Assembly: GCA_965207225.1 (NCBI GenBank)
Contig: CBDBLV010000004.1
Location: 839,397 to 903,396 of the forward strand
Direction: 5' to 3'
DNA: 64,000 bases
Source of the DNA: Dehalococcoidia bacterium
Lineage (GTDB): Bacteria > Chloroflexota > Dehalococcoidia > Plut-88900
Shown here: positions 51,662 through 60,934 of the stretch, in pieces
Layout of the letters: every line of letters begins with the position of its first letter
How positions within the stretch are numbered: the stretch's first letter is position 1
The notes under the pieces: model-generated
What the model was told of the DNA's origin: nothing
The model's database searches: none
The model's input: only the letters and a program-made list of their open reading frames with translations
Program-made: the position numbers and the translations under genes

Positions 51662-51865
51662 GGTGGTCCAGTCCACGTTCCAAGTTCAAGCCGAATCCGG
51701 CTCCCCTTGAGCTTTCCGAAGTCACTAGGCTAGGGTATCATCCTCCTCGGCCTGATCTGAAAACCAGTCGCAGCTCGGCGTAAACAGCGTTGTGGCTTTT
51801 GGGCAAGCTCTCCGCGAAATCACGAACGCCCGCTGGATCTCATGCGAGGCTCTGGCTCAAATATA
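51662..51865 (+). repeat. Dispersed promoter/end repeat, copy 2
   Basis: Aligns with copies 1 and 3; TTTCCG-17-TATCAT at 51713-51741. Confidence 0.85.
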
Positions 51866-51914
51866 AGGCTTAGGTTATCGCGCGCGAGACTGCATAGTAG
51901 AGGCAGGAGGTACG

Positions 51915-52826
51915 GTGATGACAGAGTACTTGATGCGAGCGGACTTGTCGTTTGGACACTTTAAAGGCGTCCCGGTTTCCACGGCGCTCCCTGTCAAATT
52001 AGGCCCGTTCCAACTGGACCAGTCGCCCAATGCCGCGCTGTATCTTACCGAGCGCGGTCTTTATGAGCCTGACCAGGTCGGTCAGGTGCGACGCGACTCT
52101 GCATTCCCAATGTCATTGCTGTACCTCGAACGGAAAGTTACATGTGCCAGGGGCGCGCCTCCGACGAAACATGCCGACGACGCTTTGGATCGCCTCGAAC
52201 GTCTCCTTCGCATATTCCAATCCGGCGAGGTTTCGGTCCGGCGTCATGGAGTATGGCGCATTCACCAGAACGGTGGTCTGACGCCTGGTTGGTCCTTCTC
52301 TGGGTACGATTTCAGACCAGTCAAGTCGCCGATCGAGGGACTTCGTGAATACGGCGATTACCCACTCGATGACGCCACGCTGGGCAAGGTCATCAAGTTC
52401 GTCGCCCGGTTCTGGGATGTGCTCGACGCGGTCCCTGATAACCTGCAAGTTGCAATGGCTCGGCTCAGTTCATCCTACGAGAAGCGGGATGGCTTGGATC
52501 GTCTGGTCGACTTGGTCATTGCGCTAGAAGCCCTATTCGGCGATCGTAGTGGCATCTCCACAATCGCAAAGCGTGGAGGTTTTTGGCTGTACAAGACAGA
52601 AAGTGAGCGACGGAACGCTTCCAAGACCATCAAGAAGCTCTACAGACACCGGAGCAGGGTTGTCCATGGCGGGCCGGGTAGAAATGTCAGAGAACAGGAG
52701 ATGAATGGTCTCGAAGCGATGGTGAGGTCGTCTCTGATAAAGTTTTTGAATTGTCATGTGCAACAGGGGAAGCCACCAAGCCCAAGAGACATAGATCGTC
52801 TGATCATGGATGGAAAATTCCAATAG
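51915..52826 (+). CDS. ApeA-like HEPN-domain protein
   Basis: LVIALEALF and LYRHRSRVVHG (R-x4-H); AGGAGG RBS. Confidence 0.75.
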   Translation: MMTEYLMRADLSFGHFKGVPVSTALPVKLGPFQLDQSPNAALYLTERGLYEPDQVGQVRRDSAFPMSLLYLERKVTCARGAPPTKHADDALDRLERLLRIFQSGEVSVRRHGVWRIHQNGGLTPGWSFSGYDFRPVKSPIEGLREYGDYPLDDATLGKVIKFVARFWDVLDAVPDNLQVAMARLSSSYEKRDGLDRLVDLVIALEALFGDRSGISTIAKRGGFWLYKTESERRNASKTIKKLYRHRSRVVHGGPGRNVREQEMNGLEAMVRSSLIKFLNCHVQQGKPPSPRDIDRLIMDGKFQ

Positions 52827-53167
52827 CGGCTCTGACTTGCAATATCGTTGGCACAGTCACTCAGTCAGATGCAGTTCGCTTGAAACCAGAATTGGCAACA
52901 ACATGCGGTTTGAGGCTCGTGCTTAACGGGGTGCGGAAGGGAGGGTTGCAGAGCGGCATCGGCCACACAGGAGCACTCACCTTGGCGATTTCCTTACGCT
53001 CCAAGACGAGACCGGACATGCGCTGGTATTCGAGGAGCGTCGATTCGAGATACGAGCGCCGGACCTGCTGGTTCATGGGCGGGTCTCCCGTCGTCAGGGC
53101 GTCATGAACGTCGTCGGTCGCCTCAGGGGCATGGGACTGCCCCATGCGCTGCCGCCCTTGCGAGGCT

Positions 53168-53341
53168 GGCGGTCCAGTCCGCGCCTCCCGCGTTCAAGCC
53201 GAAATTCGGCCTTCCCGGAGCTTTCCAAAGTCTCCAGGCTAGGATAGTATCCTCCTCAGCCTGATAGCTGAGAAACCAGCCGATTCTCGTGTGAAGCGCC
53301 GATTCTCACGTGTGGGTAATCCCCGTGAAATCACGAAGGCC
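53168..53341 (+). repeat. Dispersed promoter/end repeat, copy 3, ending at att core
   Basis: TTTCCA-17-TAGTAT at 53222-53250; runs into GGCCCACCA. Confidence 0.85.
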
Positions 53342-54965
53342 CACCATTTTTGACGGTAGACAGAACCGAGCCGTTCAGGGCCATCTCCTCGGCGTTTCTC
53401 CCTCCTACCGGTCCATCCTGAGGCATGGGGATGGTGTACCGGAGGAGGGCGTTGTCGGGCATGACGACGATCTCCTTGACGAAAGACTCGATGAAGGCCC
53501 TGCGCTCGGTCAGTTCGCTCTCCTTCAGGAACTCGCTCATGTCCTGGGCATAGGCCGCGATGGTCTCCACGTCGTCCAGCACCTCCCTGCGCTGGGAGAG
53601 GATGGTCCTGGCCTCGGCCGCCGAGTCCTCAAGGCGCTGTTGACGCTCCCGGTGCTCCCTGATGCGTTCCGAGGCGTCGGCCATGTCGAGGTCGGTGTTC
53701 TCCACCAGGTGCCAGACGCGGCCCAGCTTGCGCTTGACCTCATCAAGCTCGGCCTCGATGGTCTCCAGCTTCTGCCGCTGCTCGGCGGCGACCCCATCCA
53801 TCTCCTCGTCCACTATCTTGACCAGTTCGGTGATGTTGGACTCGGTGAGGACGTTCTCCCGTATCCTCTCCACCACCATCTCCTCGAAGCGTCGTGCGTT
53901 GAGCCTGGGGGTCGTGCAAGCGTTCTTGCCCCGCTTCATGATGGACTGGCAGACGTAGTAGGCGAACTGGCCGCTCTTGGCGTCCTGGCCTGAGAGCGCC
54001 CTGTTGCAGGACTTGCACCTGACCAGCCCGCTGAGCAGGTAGGAGCTTCCCACCCTGCGGGGGTGGTTCCTTTTGGGGGCGCGGGAGCGCATGAGCCGCT
54101 TGACGCGGTTGAATTGGGCCTTGGAGACGACGGCGGGGAACGCCTTCTCTATGCGTACGGGGTCGGACTTGACCTTCCCTGTAGTGCCCCAGAGCAGCGT
54201 GCCCGTGTAGACCTCGTTTCTGAGGATGAAGTGGACGCCGTTCTTGGACCAGAGCTTGCCGGTGGCGCTGGCGATGCCCTCGCCGTTGAGTGTGCGGGTG
54301 ATTTCGGTCATCCCGGTGGCCGACTCGGCCATGTCGAAGATGCGCTTGACGACGGGAGCAGTGTCAGGGTCGATCTCCAGTGTGGGCCGCTTCTTGGCTC
54401 CGTCCTGCACCATGACGCGGTTGTAGCCGTAGGGCGTCCGGCTGGCGACCCAGAAGCCTCTGGAAGCGGCCTCCCGCATCCCACGGCGAACCTCTTCCGC
54501 AAGATTTTCCGAGTAAAACTCATCGACGGACTCGATGATGCCCTCAAGGAGCCTGCCGGTGGCGGTGTCGTCGGCCTGCTCGGTGATGGAGACGACGCGG
54601 ACGCCCTTTCGCCTGAGCATGGACTTGAAGGCGACGGCGTGCTCGCGCTTTCTGGTGAATCTACTAAATTTCCACACAAGGATTTTTCTAAACGGGGCCT
54701 CGGGCTTGGCGACCTCGTCGATCATCTTGCGGAACTCCGGGCGGTCGGCGACGCGCCCGCTCTCGGCCTCGTCCACGTACTCGCGGACGACCACGTAGTC
54801 GTTCTTCTGGGCGTATTCCCTGAGCGCCCGCAACTGTGCGGCCACGGACAGGTCCACGTCCTGTCTGTCGCTGGAGACCCTGGCGTAGAGGGCCACGGGG
54901 GTGTAGTCGCTTCTATTGTTCATCTGTGAGTCCTCCTCCTGTTTCCTGTCGTTCCCGTGGGCCAC
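53331..54965 (-). CDS. Large serine recombinase C
   Basis: YARVSS, recombinase domain, Zn ribbon CKSC; ends VKNGGPS*. Confidence 0.95.
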   Translation of the reverse strand: MAHGNDRKQEEDSQMNNRSDYTPVALYARVSSDRQDVDLSVAAQLRALREYAQKNDYVVVREYVDEAESGRVADRPEFRKMIDEVAKPEAPFRKILVWKFSRFTRKREHAVAFKSMLRRKGVRVVSITEQADDTATGRLLEGIIESVDEFYSENLAEEVRRGMREAASRGFWVASRTPYGYNRVMVQDGAKKRPTLEIDPDTAPVVKRIFDMAESATGMTEITRTLNGEGIASATGKLWSKNGVHFILRNEVYTGTLLWGTTGKVKSDPVRIEKAFPAVVSKAQFNRVKRLMRSRAPKRNHPRRVGSSYLLSGLVRCKSCNRALSGQDAKSGQFAYYVCQSIMKRGKNACTTPRLNARRFEEMVVERIRENVLTESNITELVKIVDEEMDGVAAEQRQKLETIEAELDEVKRKLGRVWHLVENTDLDMADASERIREHRERQQRLEDSAAEARTILSQRREVLDDVETIAAYAQDMSEFLKESELTERRAFIESFVKEIVVMPDNALLRYTIPMPQDGPVGGRNAEEMALNGSVLSTVKNGGPS

Positions 54966-54967
54966 TA

Positions 54968-55333
54968 CTAGCCTGCAACACCCGGCATCGTCGTCATCGA
55001 ACCCGTGTCTTCCCCAAGCGCGCTGACCATTTCACGCGGAAGGATGCCCTCGATCTGTTCAGCCTCGGAACGCTCGGCGTGGTAGAGGTCCCAACGGAGT
55101 TGCAGGTTCATCCAAAAGCCGGGCGAAGTGCCGAAGAACCTAGAGAGCCTCAGGGCGGTGCTTGGCGTGACCCCCCGCTTCCCTCGGACGACTTCGTTGA
55201 CCCTCTGATAGGGCACGTGAATGGCATTGGACAGGTCGCGCTGAGTCATTCCGAGGGGCAGCAGGAACTCCGTCAGAAGCATCTCGCCCGGATGCGTAGG
55301 CTCTCGATCGGTGGGAATGCGTACCATGCTCAT
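54968..55333 (-). CDS. higA: HigA/VapI antidote protein
   Basis: HPGEML..EFL.P, ALRLSRFFGTSPGFWMNLQ. Confidence 0.88.
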   Translation of the reverse strand: MSMVRIPTDREPTHPGEMLLTEFLLPLGMTQRDLSNAIHVPYQRVNEVVRGKRGVTPSTALRLSRFFGTSPGFWMNLQLRWDLYHAERSEAEQIEGILPREMVSALGEDTGSMTTMPGVAG

Positions 55334-55341
55334 TCTCCTCT

Positions 55342-55635
55342 TCAGTGATAGTCGGTGATTTCGACGTCGGCGGGTCCGGCAGGTGTCCACGTGAAGCAGA
55401 TTCGATACCTGTCGTTGACGCGAATACCGTGTTGCCCGCTTCGATCTCCGGCCAGCCGTTCCAGGCGGTTGCCGGGAGGTATTCTGAGGTCTCCCAGAAC
55501 GGAGGCGGAATCGATCTGGTCAAGCTTTCGATGAGCCACTCCCCATATCGGCATGGGACATGCCCGCAGGGCCGCTTGAGTGGATTGCCCGTTGAAGATG
55601 TCCTCTGTACCGCCGTCTCTGAATGAGACAATCAT
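55342..55635 (-). CDS. higB: HigB (RelE-like) killer protein
   Basis: MIVSF, PPGNRLERL.GDR.GQHGIRVNDRYRICF.W...VEITDYH. Confidence 0.9.
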   Translation of the reverse strand: MIVSFRDGGTEDIFNGQSTQAALRACPMPIWGVAHRKLDQIDSASVLGDLRIPPGNRLERLAGDRSGQHGIRVNDRYRICFTWTPAGPADVEITDYH

Positions 55636-55731
55636 AAGTACATAATAGCACGGCTTTCGTGCTATGCCAAGATGCTAGCTTCACGCGGCCATCTCCAACG
55701 AGTCTGCCGGGGACAAGGTTGGGCGGGACGT

Positions 55732-55950
55732 TCACCGCCTGCCCTCGCCGTCATCCTCTGAGTGAGCCGCGTTCCTGCGCATGTGGGCGCGGACGGCGAC
55801 CTTGGCCAGGATGCGCAGCCCCTTGCGTATCGTCCTTCGCTGCTGAGGAGTATAGGACTCCATCGGCCTGTCGGAGGATGACTCGGGAGCATCCCTCCCC
55901 AGCCTCTTCTTTTGCCGGTTCCTCGTATCTTCTCTATTGGTGTCTTTCAT
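55732..55950 (-). CDS. Small basic hypothetical protein
   Basis: YTPQQRRTIRKGLRILAKVAVRAH amphipathic helix; co-oriented upstream of the recombinase. Confidence 0.5.
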   Translation of the reverse strand: MKDTNREDTRNRQKKRLGRDAPESSSDRPMESYTPQQRRTIRKGLRILAKVAVRAHMRRNAAHSEDDGEGRR

Positions 55951-56116
55951 GTTGCCTAATCTCAGCGGCGGTTCGTTGGGCCGCTGGCCTCTCGTTACAG
56001 GTGTATTGGGTGGCCGCCGGGCACGGACGGATGGGTGCGAGCGCCCGGCGGCGTTGTGGTGTCCTACCCCGCCGCGCCGCCGATGCGCCGGTTAGGGCGC
56101 CGGCGGGGGGTGCCGG

Positions 56117-56407
56117 CTAGCTCCTGAAGTGGGTCATCCGTAGCTCCTCCCCCAGGAGGATCGGAAGGCATCCGATGCGGTTGGCGAAGATGACCAGGGT
56201 GAGCATGGAGCCTCCGCTGGGCGCCCAGCCCTTGAGCCACCTTCGCAGCAGCTTGTAGTCGATGCCGGTGACCCTGCACAGGCCGCGCCAGGAGAGGCCG
56301 CTGGCCTCCTTGAGGCGCACGAGCCGCTGGGGGAAGTCCTCGGGCATGTCGGCGCCCTGAAGGGGCTCCATCTCGCTCCATCCGTCGATGTGATCGATGT
56401 TGGTCAT
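56117..56407 (-). CDS. XRE-type HTH protein
   Basis: FPQRLVRLKEASGLSWRGL...GID..LLRRW; GGAGG RBS. Confidence 0.72.
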   Translation of the reverse strand: MTNIDHIDGWSEMEPLQGADMPEDFPQRLVRLKEASGLSWRGLCRVTGIDYKLLRRWLKGWAPSGGSMLTLVIFANRIGCLPILLGEELRMTHFRS

Positions 56408-56729
56408 GTCTATCCTCCATGTCGTAAAGCTTTGGGTTGTTGTTCCCAAGGCCATGTGCATCCGGCGGCGGATGCGACCGGAGGGCGGTCGCTCCCCACG
56501 CGCCGACTTCGACATGGGACCGGGTCTGTCTGTATCGACCCCGGCGGGCCGGTTCCGGGAGGTGATCACCGAAGTGAGCCGTCTCCCAGAGCCGCCGCGT
56601 CGAGCCGGACGGCGCTCCGTCCTCCGCTCCTCCGGGGGCCTCTTGCTATATCGTTATCCGGTGAACGCATCGGCTTTCCATCTCCTATCGGGTATTGAGC
56701 GGGAGTTTTCGCGCCGCTCCCTGCGTCGT

Positions 56730-58391
56730 CTATTGCACTTCCGTCGGCAGGGACTGGGGCGGCTCCCATGCGGTGTCCGGGGTGCGCCAGGCGCGTCCCA
56801 GCGGCCCCAGGGCGTCGATGGCTTCTTTGTGGGAGACCCACAGGGGGACCCTGACCCGGCTGGCCTGCATCCGCTCCCTCGCCACGCGCAGGAAGTGGGT
56901 GGCGGCGATGTCGTCGTCGAAGACGATGAGAACGGCGGGTCTGGCCCCGTGGTCGTCCATGGGCCTTTGGGACGAGTAGTAGCGCAGATAGGGCGCGAGC
57001 CGCGTCGCCATCGTCGAGGGCCGAACGGCCCTTCGCTCCCACTCCAGGAAGAAGGCCCACGTCTCTTCGGCCCTGCGCAGGACGCCGAAGGCGTCGGGGT
57101 AGACGGCGCGCAACCGTTCGTCGTGGCGGAAGTGGCGGGACGCCCTCCTGGGCGGGTCGAGCTGCGCTATCTCCCAGCCCAGGTGCCGGGCCTGGGCCGC
57201 AAGCGCGGACAGAAAGACGTGGACGGCCTCGGTGTGCTCGATGTTCCTGAGAAGCTGGCGGCTCCTGCTGCCGGTGAGGTTGCGCCACTCGAAAGGCCCT
57301 TTGGCGTCCTCCGGGGCGACGCTCAATCTCCTCCTCGCCGCCGCCACCGATGTCCTGTCCCTGCGGGCGAGGAGGGCCAGTCCCCGGTCGGTGAGGGCCA
57401 GCCGTCCCTCCGCTTCGCGGGGCCTGACGACGAGGCTGAAGCCCTCCAAGGGATTGACCAGCTGGGAAGCCCGCTGGGGCGATACTTCCAACAGACCGGC
57501 GAGGTCCCCCAGGGCGATCCAGGGCCAGTCGAATACCAGGTCGAGGGCGCGCTTCTCGGCGGGTCTGAGCGTCACGGGCAGCATGTGGTCGGCCATGTCG
57601 GCTACCGTTCCCATGACGGGCAGGTCTGCGGGGACCGACGCCAGTCCGGGCTGCGGCTCCCCCGGAAACGCGCCGCCGGGGTCGGTCCTGTCCAACGAAT
57701 AGCGCAGGCCCACGGCTGCGTGGACCTGGGCCGGGGTCCAGATGTGGTCGTCGGCTCCGGCCAGGACCGCCTCGCCTTCGATGGCGAGCAACGCCGGTAC
57801 GCCGGTCGTCGAGAGCATCCTGCGGGCGTGCCTGAGACGGACGGCGTCCATCGTGAGGACGAGGACGACTCCGGGCATGGGTTCGTCCTTCAGTCGCCAG
57901 AGGCGCTGGGCGAAGACCGAGCGGTCGGCGGTGAGTCCCTGCCTGACGATTCCGACGGTCCTGCCGTCGGGAAGTTCTATACCCGCGTCCAGCTTGGATG
58001 AGCGGTACCAGCGGAAGCGCAGGGGGTAGGCAACGTCGGAAGCGAGAGATGCGACGCGGTAGATGGAATCCAGGGCGTCCATGCGCTCCATCAGGCTTCG
58101 CCGCCACTCGGCGGAGACGGGGTGGGTACGCACCAGGTCGTCAAGCGACATCCCGTCCTCATCTGCAAGCATGCGCAGCCCCGCCCCGGTGAGGTGGAAC
58201 CTGCGGGAGGGTGGAAAGGGATCGACGGCGTGGAGCACGGAGCCGCAGAGGCCGTCTGCCTGAAGTCTCTCCACGGCCTCGTGGACCGCGCCCTTGGACC
58301 GGCCCGTGACCGGGACCATCTCCCGGCGATTGAGGTAGGGCATGTCGGCCAGGGTGCGGAGGAGGTGGGCTTCCAGTCCCGCGGGTCTCAT
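56730..58391 (-). CDS. Replic_Relax family protein, module C
   Basis: Paralog of A/B copies (YPDAFG, FFLEWERRA). Confidence 0.72.
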   Translation of the reverse strand: MRPAGLEAHLLRTLADMPYLNRREMVPVTGRSKGAVHEAVERLQADGLCGSVLHAVDPFPPSRRFHLTGAGLRMLADEDGMSLDDLVRTHPVSAEWRRSLMERMDALDSIYRVASLASDVAYPLRFRWYRSSKLDAGIELPDGRTVGIVRQGLTADRSVFAQRLWRLKDEPMPGVVLVLTMDAVRLRHARRMLSTTGVPALLAIEGEAVLAGADDHIWTPAQVHAAVGLRYSLDRTDPGGAFPGEPQPGLASVPADLPVMGTVADMADHMLPVTLRPAEKRALDLVFDWPWIALGDLAGLLEVSPQRASQLVNPLEGFSLVVRPREAEGRLALTDRGLALLARRDRTSVAAARRRLSVAPEDAKGPFEWRNLTGSRSRQLLRNIEHTEAVHVFLSALAAQARHLGWEIAQLDPPRRASRHFRHDERLRAVYPDAFGVLRRAEETWAFFLEWERRAVRPSTMATRLAPYLRYYSSQRPMDDHGARPAVLIVFDDDIAATHFLRVARERMQASRVRVPLWVSHKEAIDALGPLGRAWRTPDTAWEPPQSLPTEVQ

Positions 58392-60919
58392 TCTCCGACC
58401 TCCTCGTCCTCTTCGTCGGTGTGGTTCTCGGTCGCCTGCTCGTCGTTCTCCTCCCGTTCGGCCTGCTCCAATGCCTCGACGCCTTTGTGAAATTCGTCCA
58501 CCTTCCCGTGGCCCTCGGCGTCGGCGTAGTCTCCCTGGCGGGCCGAGACGGTGTAGCCTTGCGTAGCTGCACGTATGCGGTCGGCGACCGATGGGTCTCC
58601 TTCCTCAGGCTTCCTGACCTCCATCGAGAAGGCGGGCATCCGCTCGGTGCCCACGGTGGCGCGGACGTAGCAGTGGTGCACGGGCAGGGACACGATGTCG
58701 TCCTCGGACACCCGGTCCTTGCCAAGCTCCCACACCAGGGTCCTGGCGTCTGAGCCGGCCACCTGGAAGACGGCGAGGCACCCCACGTTGGCGAGGATGG
58801 TGTCCCGCATGGTGCGGGAGAGGTCGTCCAGCTTTGCCAGGCTCTGGGTGGCGAGGATGAAGGACGCCCCGAACTTCCCAAGCTCGCTGAGCATCGACTC
58901 GTAGTCCACGCCGGGCATGGACTGCATCTCGTCCACGACGACCAGCGCGCCGCGACGTTCCCTGAGAGATAGACTTCCCTGCTCCCGTATCACGGCGTCC
59001 ACCAGGTTCAGGAGCGACGCGCCCACCAGGGCGGCCACGTCCCTGCCCACGACCCCCTGGGAGGTGGAGACCAGCAGCACGCCGCCGTCGTGGATGGTCC
59101 TTCTCAGGTCGATGGTGGAGCGGCGCTGTCCCAGGATGGCCCTGGCCCGCTTGGACGATGCGTAGTAGGAGAGACGGGTCTGGACGGGGGCCAGGGCCTC
59201 CGCCTTGTACTGGCGGCCCCACTTGCCGAAGTCCCTGGCCCACCACTCCAGCAGGTAGGGGTCGGAGACCCTCTTGCGCACCTGCTTGGCGAACTCATCG
59301 TCCGAGAGCAGCTTCAGGCCGTCGAGGATGGTGTACTGCTGCTCGGCCTCCATCTGCTCGTTGGCCTCGTGCAGCGTCTTGACGGTCTGTTCCAGGATCG
59401 ATTGCATCCTCGGCCCCCACTGGTCCCAGAGGCCCTTGGCCACCCGCACCACCGAGTCGGCGGTGCGGTCCCGGTCTGCGAATATGCGGGTGTCCAGCAG
59501 ATTGACGCCGGGGGAACGGCTCGCGTCCGACAGGTCTATCAGCCTCACCCTGTCGGCTATCTCCTCCGGGACGTGTTCGAGGATGCCCGCCACCAGGTCG
59601 GTGTGGGGGTCTATGACGACGATGGCGTCTTCGTCCCTGCCCGCCGCCTTCTCCCGCATCTTGTGAACGACCACGTGGTGCATCAGCGTGGACTTGCCCA
59701 TGCGGGTGCGGGCCACGTAGAGGTGGTGACGGCGCAGCAGGTCGTCGGGGAATCTGATCTCCCTCTTGGTACCCGCCGTGGTGTCGCCCACCAGCGCGCC
59801 GCCCCTGACTCCCTTCGCCGACGGGCTGAGCGCCCGTGCGCCGGACCGCTCCACCAACGGCGTCTCGTTCCCCGCTCCCGGCGGGTGCCAGAGGCAGGCG
59901 GCCTCCCGCACCCCCAGGACGCTGCGCCTGCCGAACAGGCCGGGGCCTGTGGGATGCAGGTTCTCCGGGGCGGGAGCGACGGGCCTTACCTTGCTCACCT
60001 TGAACCTCGCCCCTGCCGGGTTGTCGAAGTGCCGGTAGGCGGCGGCAACCCTTCTGAGGAGCTCCTCGGCCCGCTCGCGCCCCGTGTCGTCCGGCATGAT
60101 CGCCGTCACCTGTATCTCTGCGTCGAAGGCGATGCGGGAGACCTTCTCCCTGATGAGCAACGGGTCATCGACCCGATTGCGGGCTTTCTTGAAGCGGTGC
60201 CATGCCCAGCCGCCAGCGGTAAGGCCCAGGGCAACGCCCATGCCCAGCAGCACGGCTTTCCACGTCTCCCCGTCCTGCACCCACAGGTAGCCCTGGAGGG
60301 CGGCGAGAGCGCCGACGCCGAGCACGGCCATGGTCACCCCGTCCATCTGGAGGGGCTTGGTCTGGTAGGTGTAGGAGGGCTCCCGCTGCTCCTGGCCGGG
60401 CCGTTTGTGGGCCTTTTCCAGATGGTGCTGCGACCAGTCGGGACCGAGGGAGTTCAGCTTGAGTTGAGCCACAATCCGCTCCCCCTCGTAGAGGGACGAC
60501 AGAGCGCCCATGAGGGCGATGAGGGGGTCGGAGCCGGGGTCGAGGAGGTCGTCGTCGCGGAAGGTGCGCAGGGGGACATACTCGGGGCCGTCGGCCCTGA
60601 GCGTCATCGACCACGCCTGCTCGCCGTCTCCCAGGCGCAAGGGATCGTTGTTTGGGTCCACCTTCTCTATCCTGGCCTGGGGGTAGTGGGCGGAGATCTG
60701 GCCGCGTACCACCCGGTCGTCGATGCACCGGGCCATCAGCGTCACGCCGTCCATGTCCCCGGCAAGCTCCAGGGAGAAGGGCTCAGGCACCGCGATGGAC
60801 TGGAGGAGGTTCTCCACGCCCAGCAACGTCCGCTCGCCCGTCCTCGGCGGCGTCACCGCAAGCAGCGCCGGGGTCTTGTCGTCGCTTCCAAATAGTTTGC
60901 GTATCGGGTTCTGTTTCAT
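58388..60919 (-). CDS. VirD4/TraD-like coupling ATPase, module C
   Basis: ARTRMGKST, VVDEMQ, two TM helices. Confidence 0.82.
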   Translation of the reverse strand: MKQNPIRKLFGSDDKTPALLAVTPPRTGERTLLGVENLLQSIAVPEPFSLELAGDMDGVTLMARCIDDRVVRGQISAHYPQARIEKVDPNNDPLRLGDGEQAWSMTLRADGPEYVPLRTFRDDDLLDPGSDPLIALMGALSSLYEGERIVAQLKLNSLGPDWSQHHLEKAHKRPGQEQREPSYTYQTKPLQMDGVTMAVLGVGALAALQGYLWVQDGETWKAVLLGMGVALGLTAGGWAWHRFKKARNRVDDPLLIREKVSRIAFDAEIQVTAIMPDDTGRERAEELLRRVAAAYRHFDNPAGARFKVSKVRPVAPAPENLHPTGPGLFGRRSVLGVREAACLWHPPGAGNETPLVERSGARALSPSAKGVRGGALVGDTTAGTKREIRFPDDLLRRHHLYVARTRMGKSTLMHHVVVHKMREKAAGRDEDAIVVIDPHTDLVAGILEHVPEEIADRVRLIDLSDASRSPGVNLLDTRIFADRDRTADSVVRVAKGLWDQWGPRMQSILEQTVKTLHEANEQMEAEQQYTILDGLKLLSDDEFAKQVRKRVSDPYLLEWWARDFGKWGRQYKAEALAPVQTRLSYYASSKRARAILGQRRSTIDLRRTIHDGGVLLVSTSQGVVGRDVAALVGASLLNLVDAVIREQGSLSLRERRGALVVVDEMQSMPGVDYESMLSELGKFGASFILATQSLAKLDDLSRTMRDTILANVGCLAVFQVAGSDARTLVWELGKDRVSEDDIVSLPVHHCYVRATVGTERMPAFSMEVRKPEEGDPSVADRIRAATQGYTVSARQGDYADAEGHGKVDEFHKGVEALEQAEREENDEQATENHTDEEDEEVGE

Positions 60920-60934
60920 TTCTGTTACTCCTCC

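Larger units (their letters stand above)
33942..53341 (-). mobile_element. Putative integrative mobilisable element B (~19.4 kb)
   Basis: Bounded by direct repeat GGCCCACCA (33938-33946, 53338-53346), each at a recombinase 3' end; has recombinase, relaxase-like and coupling genes but no VirB4. Confidence 0.6.
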
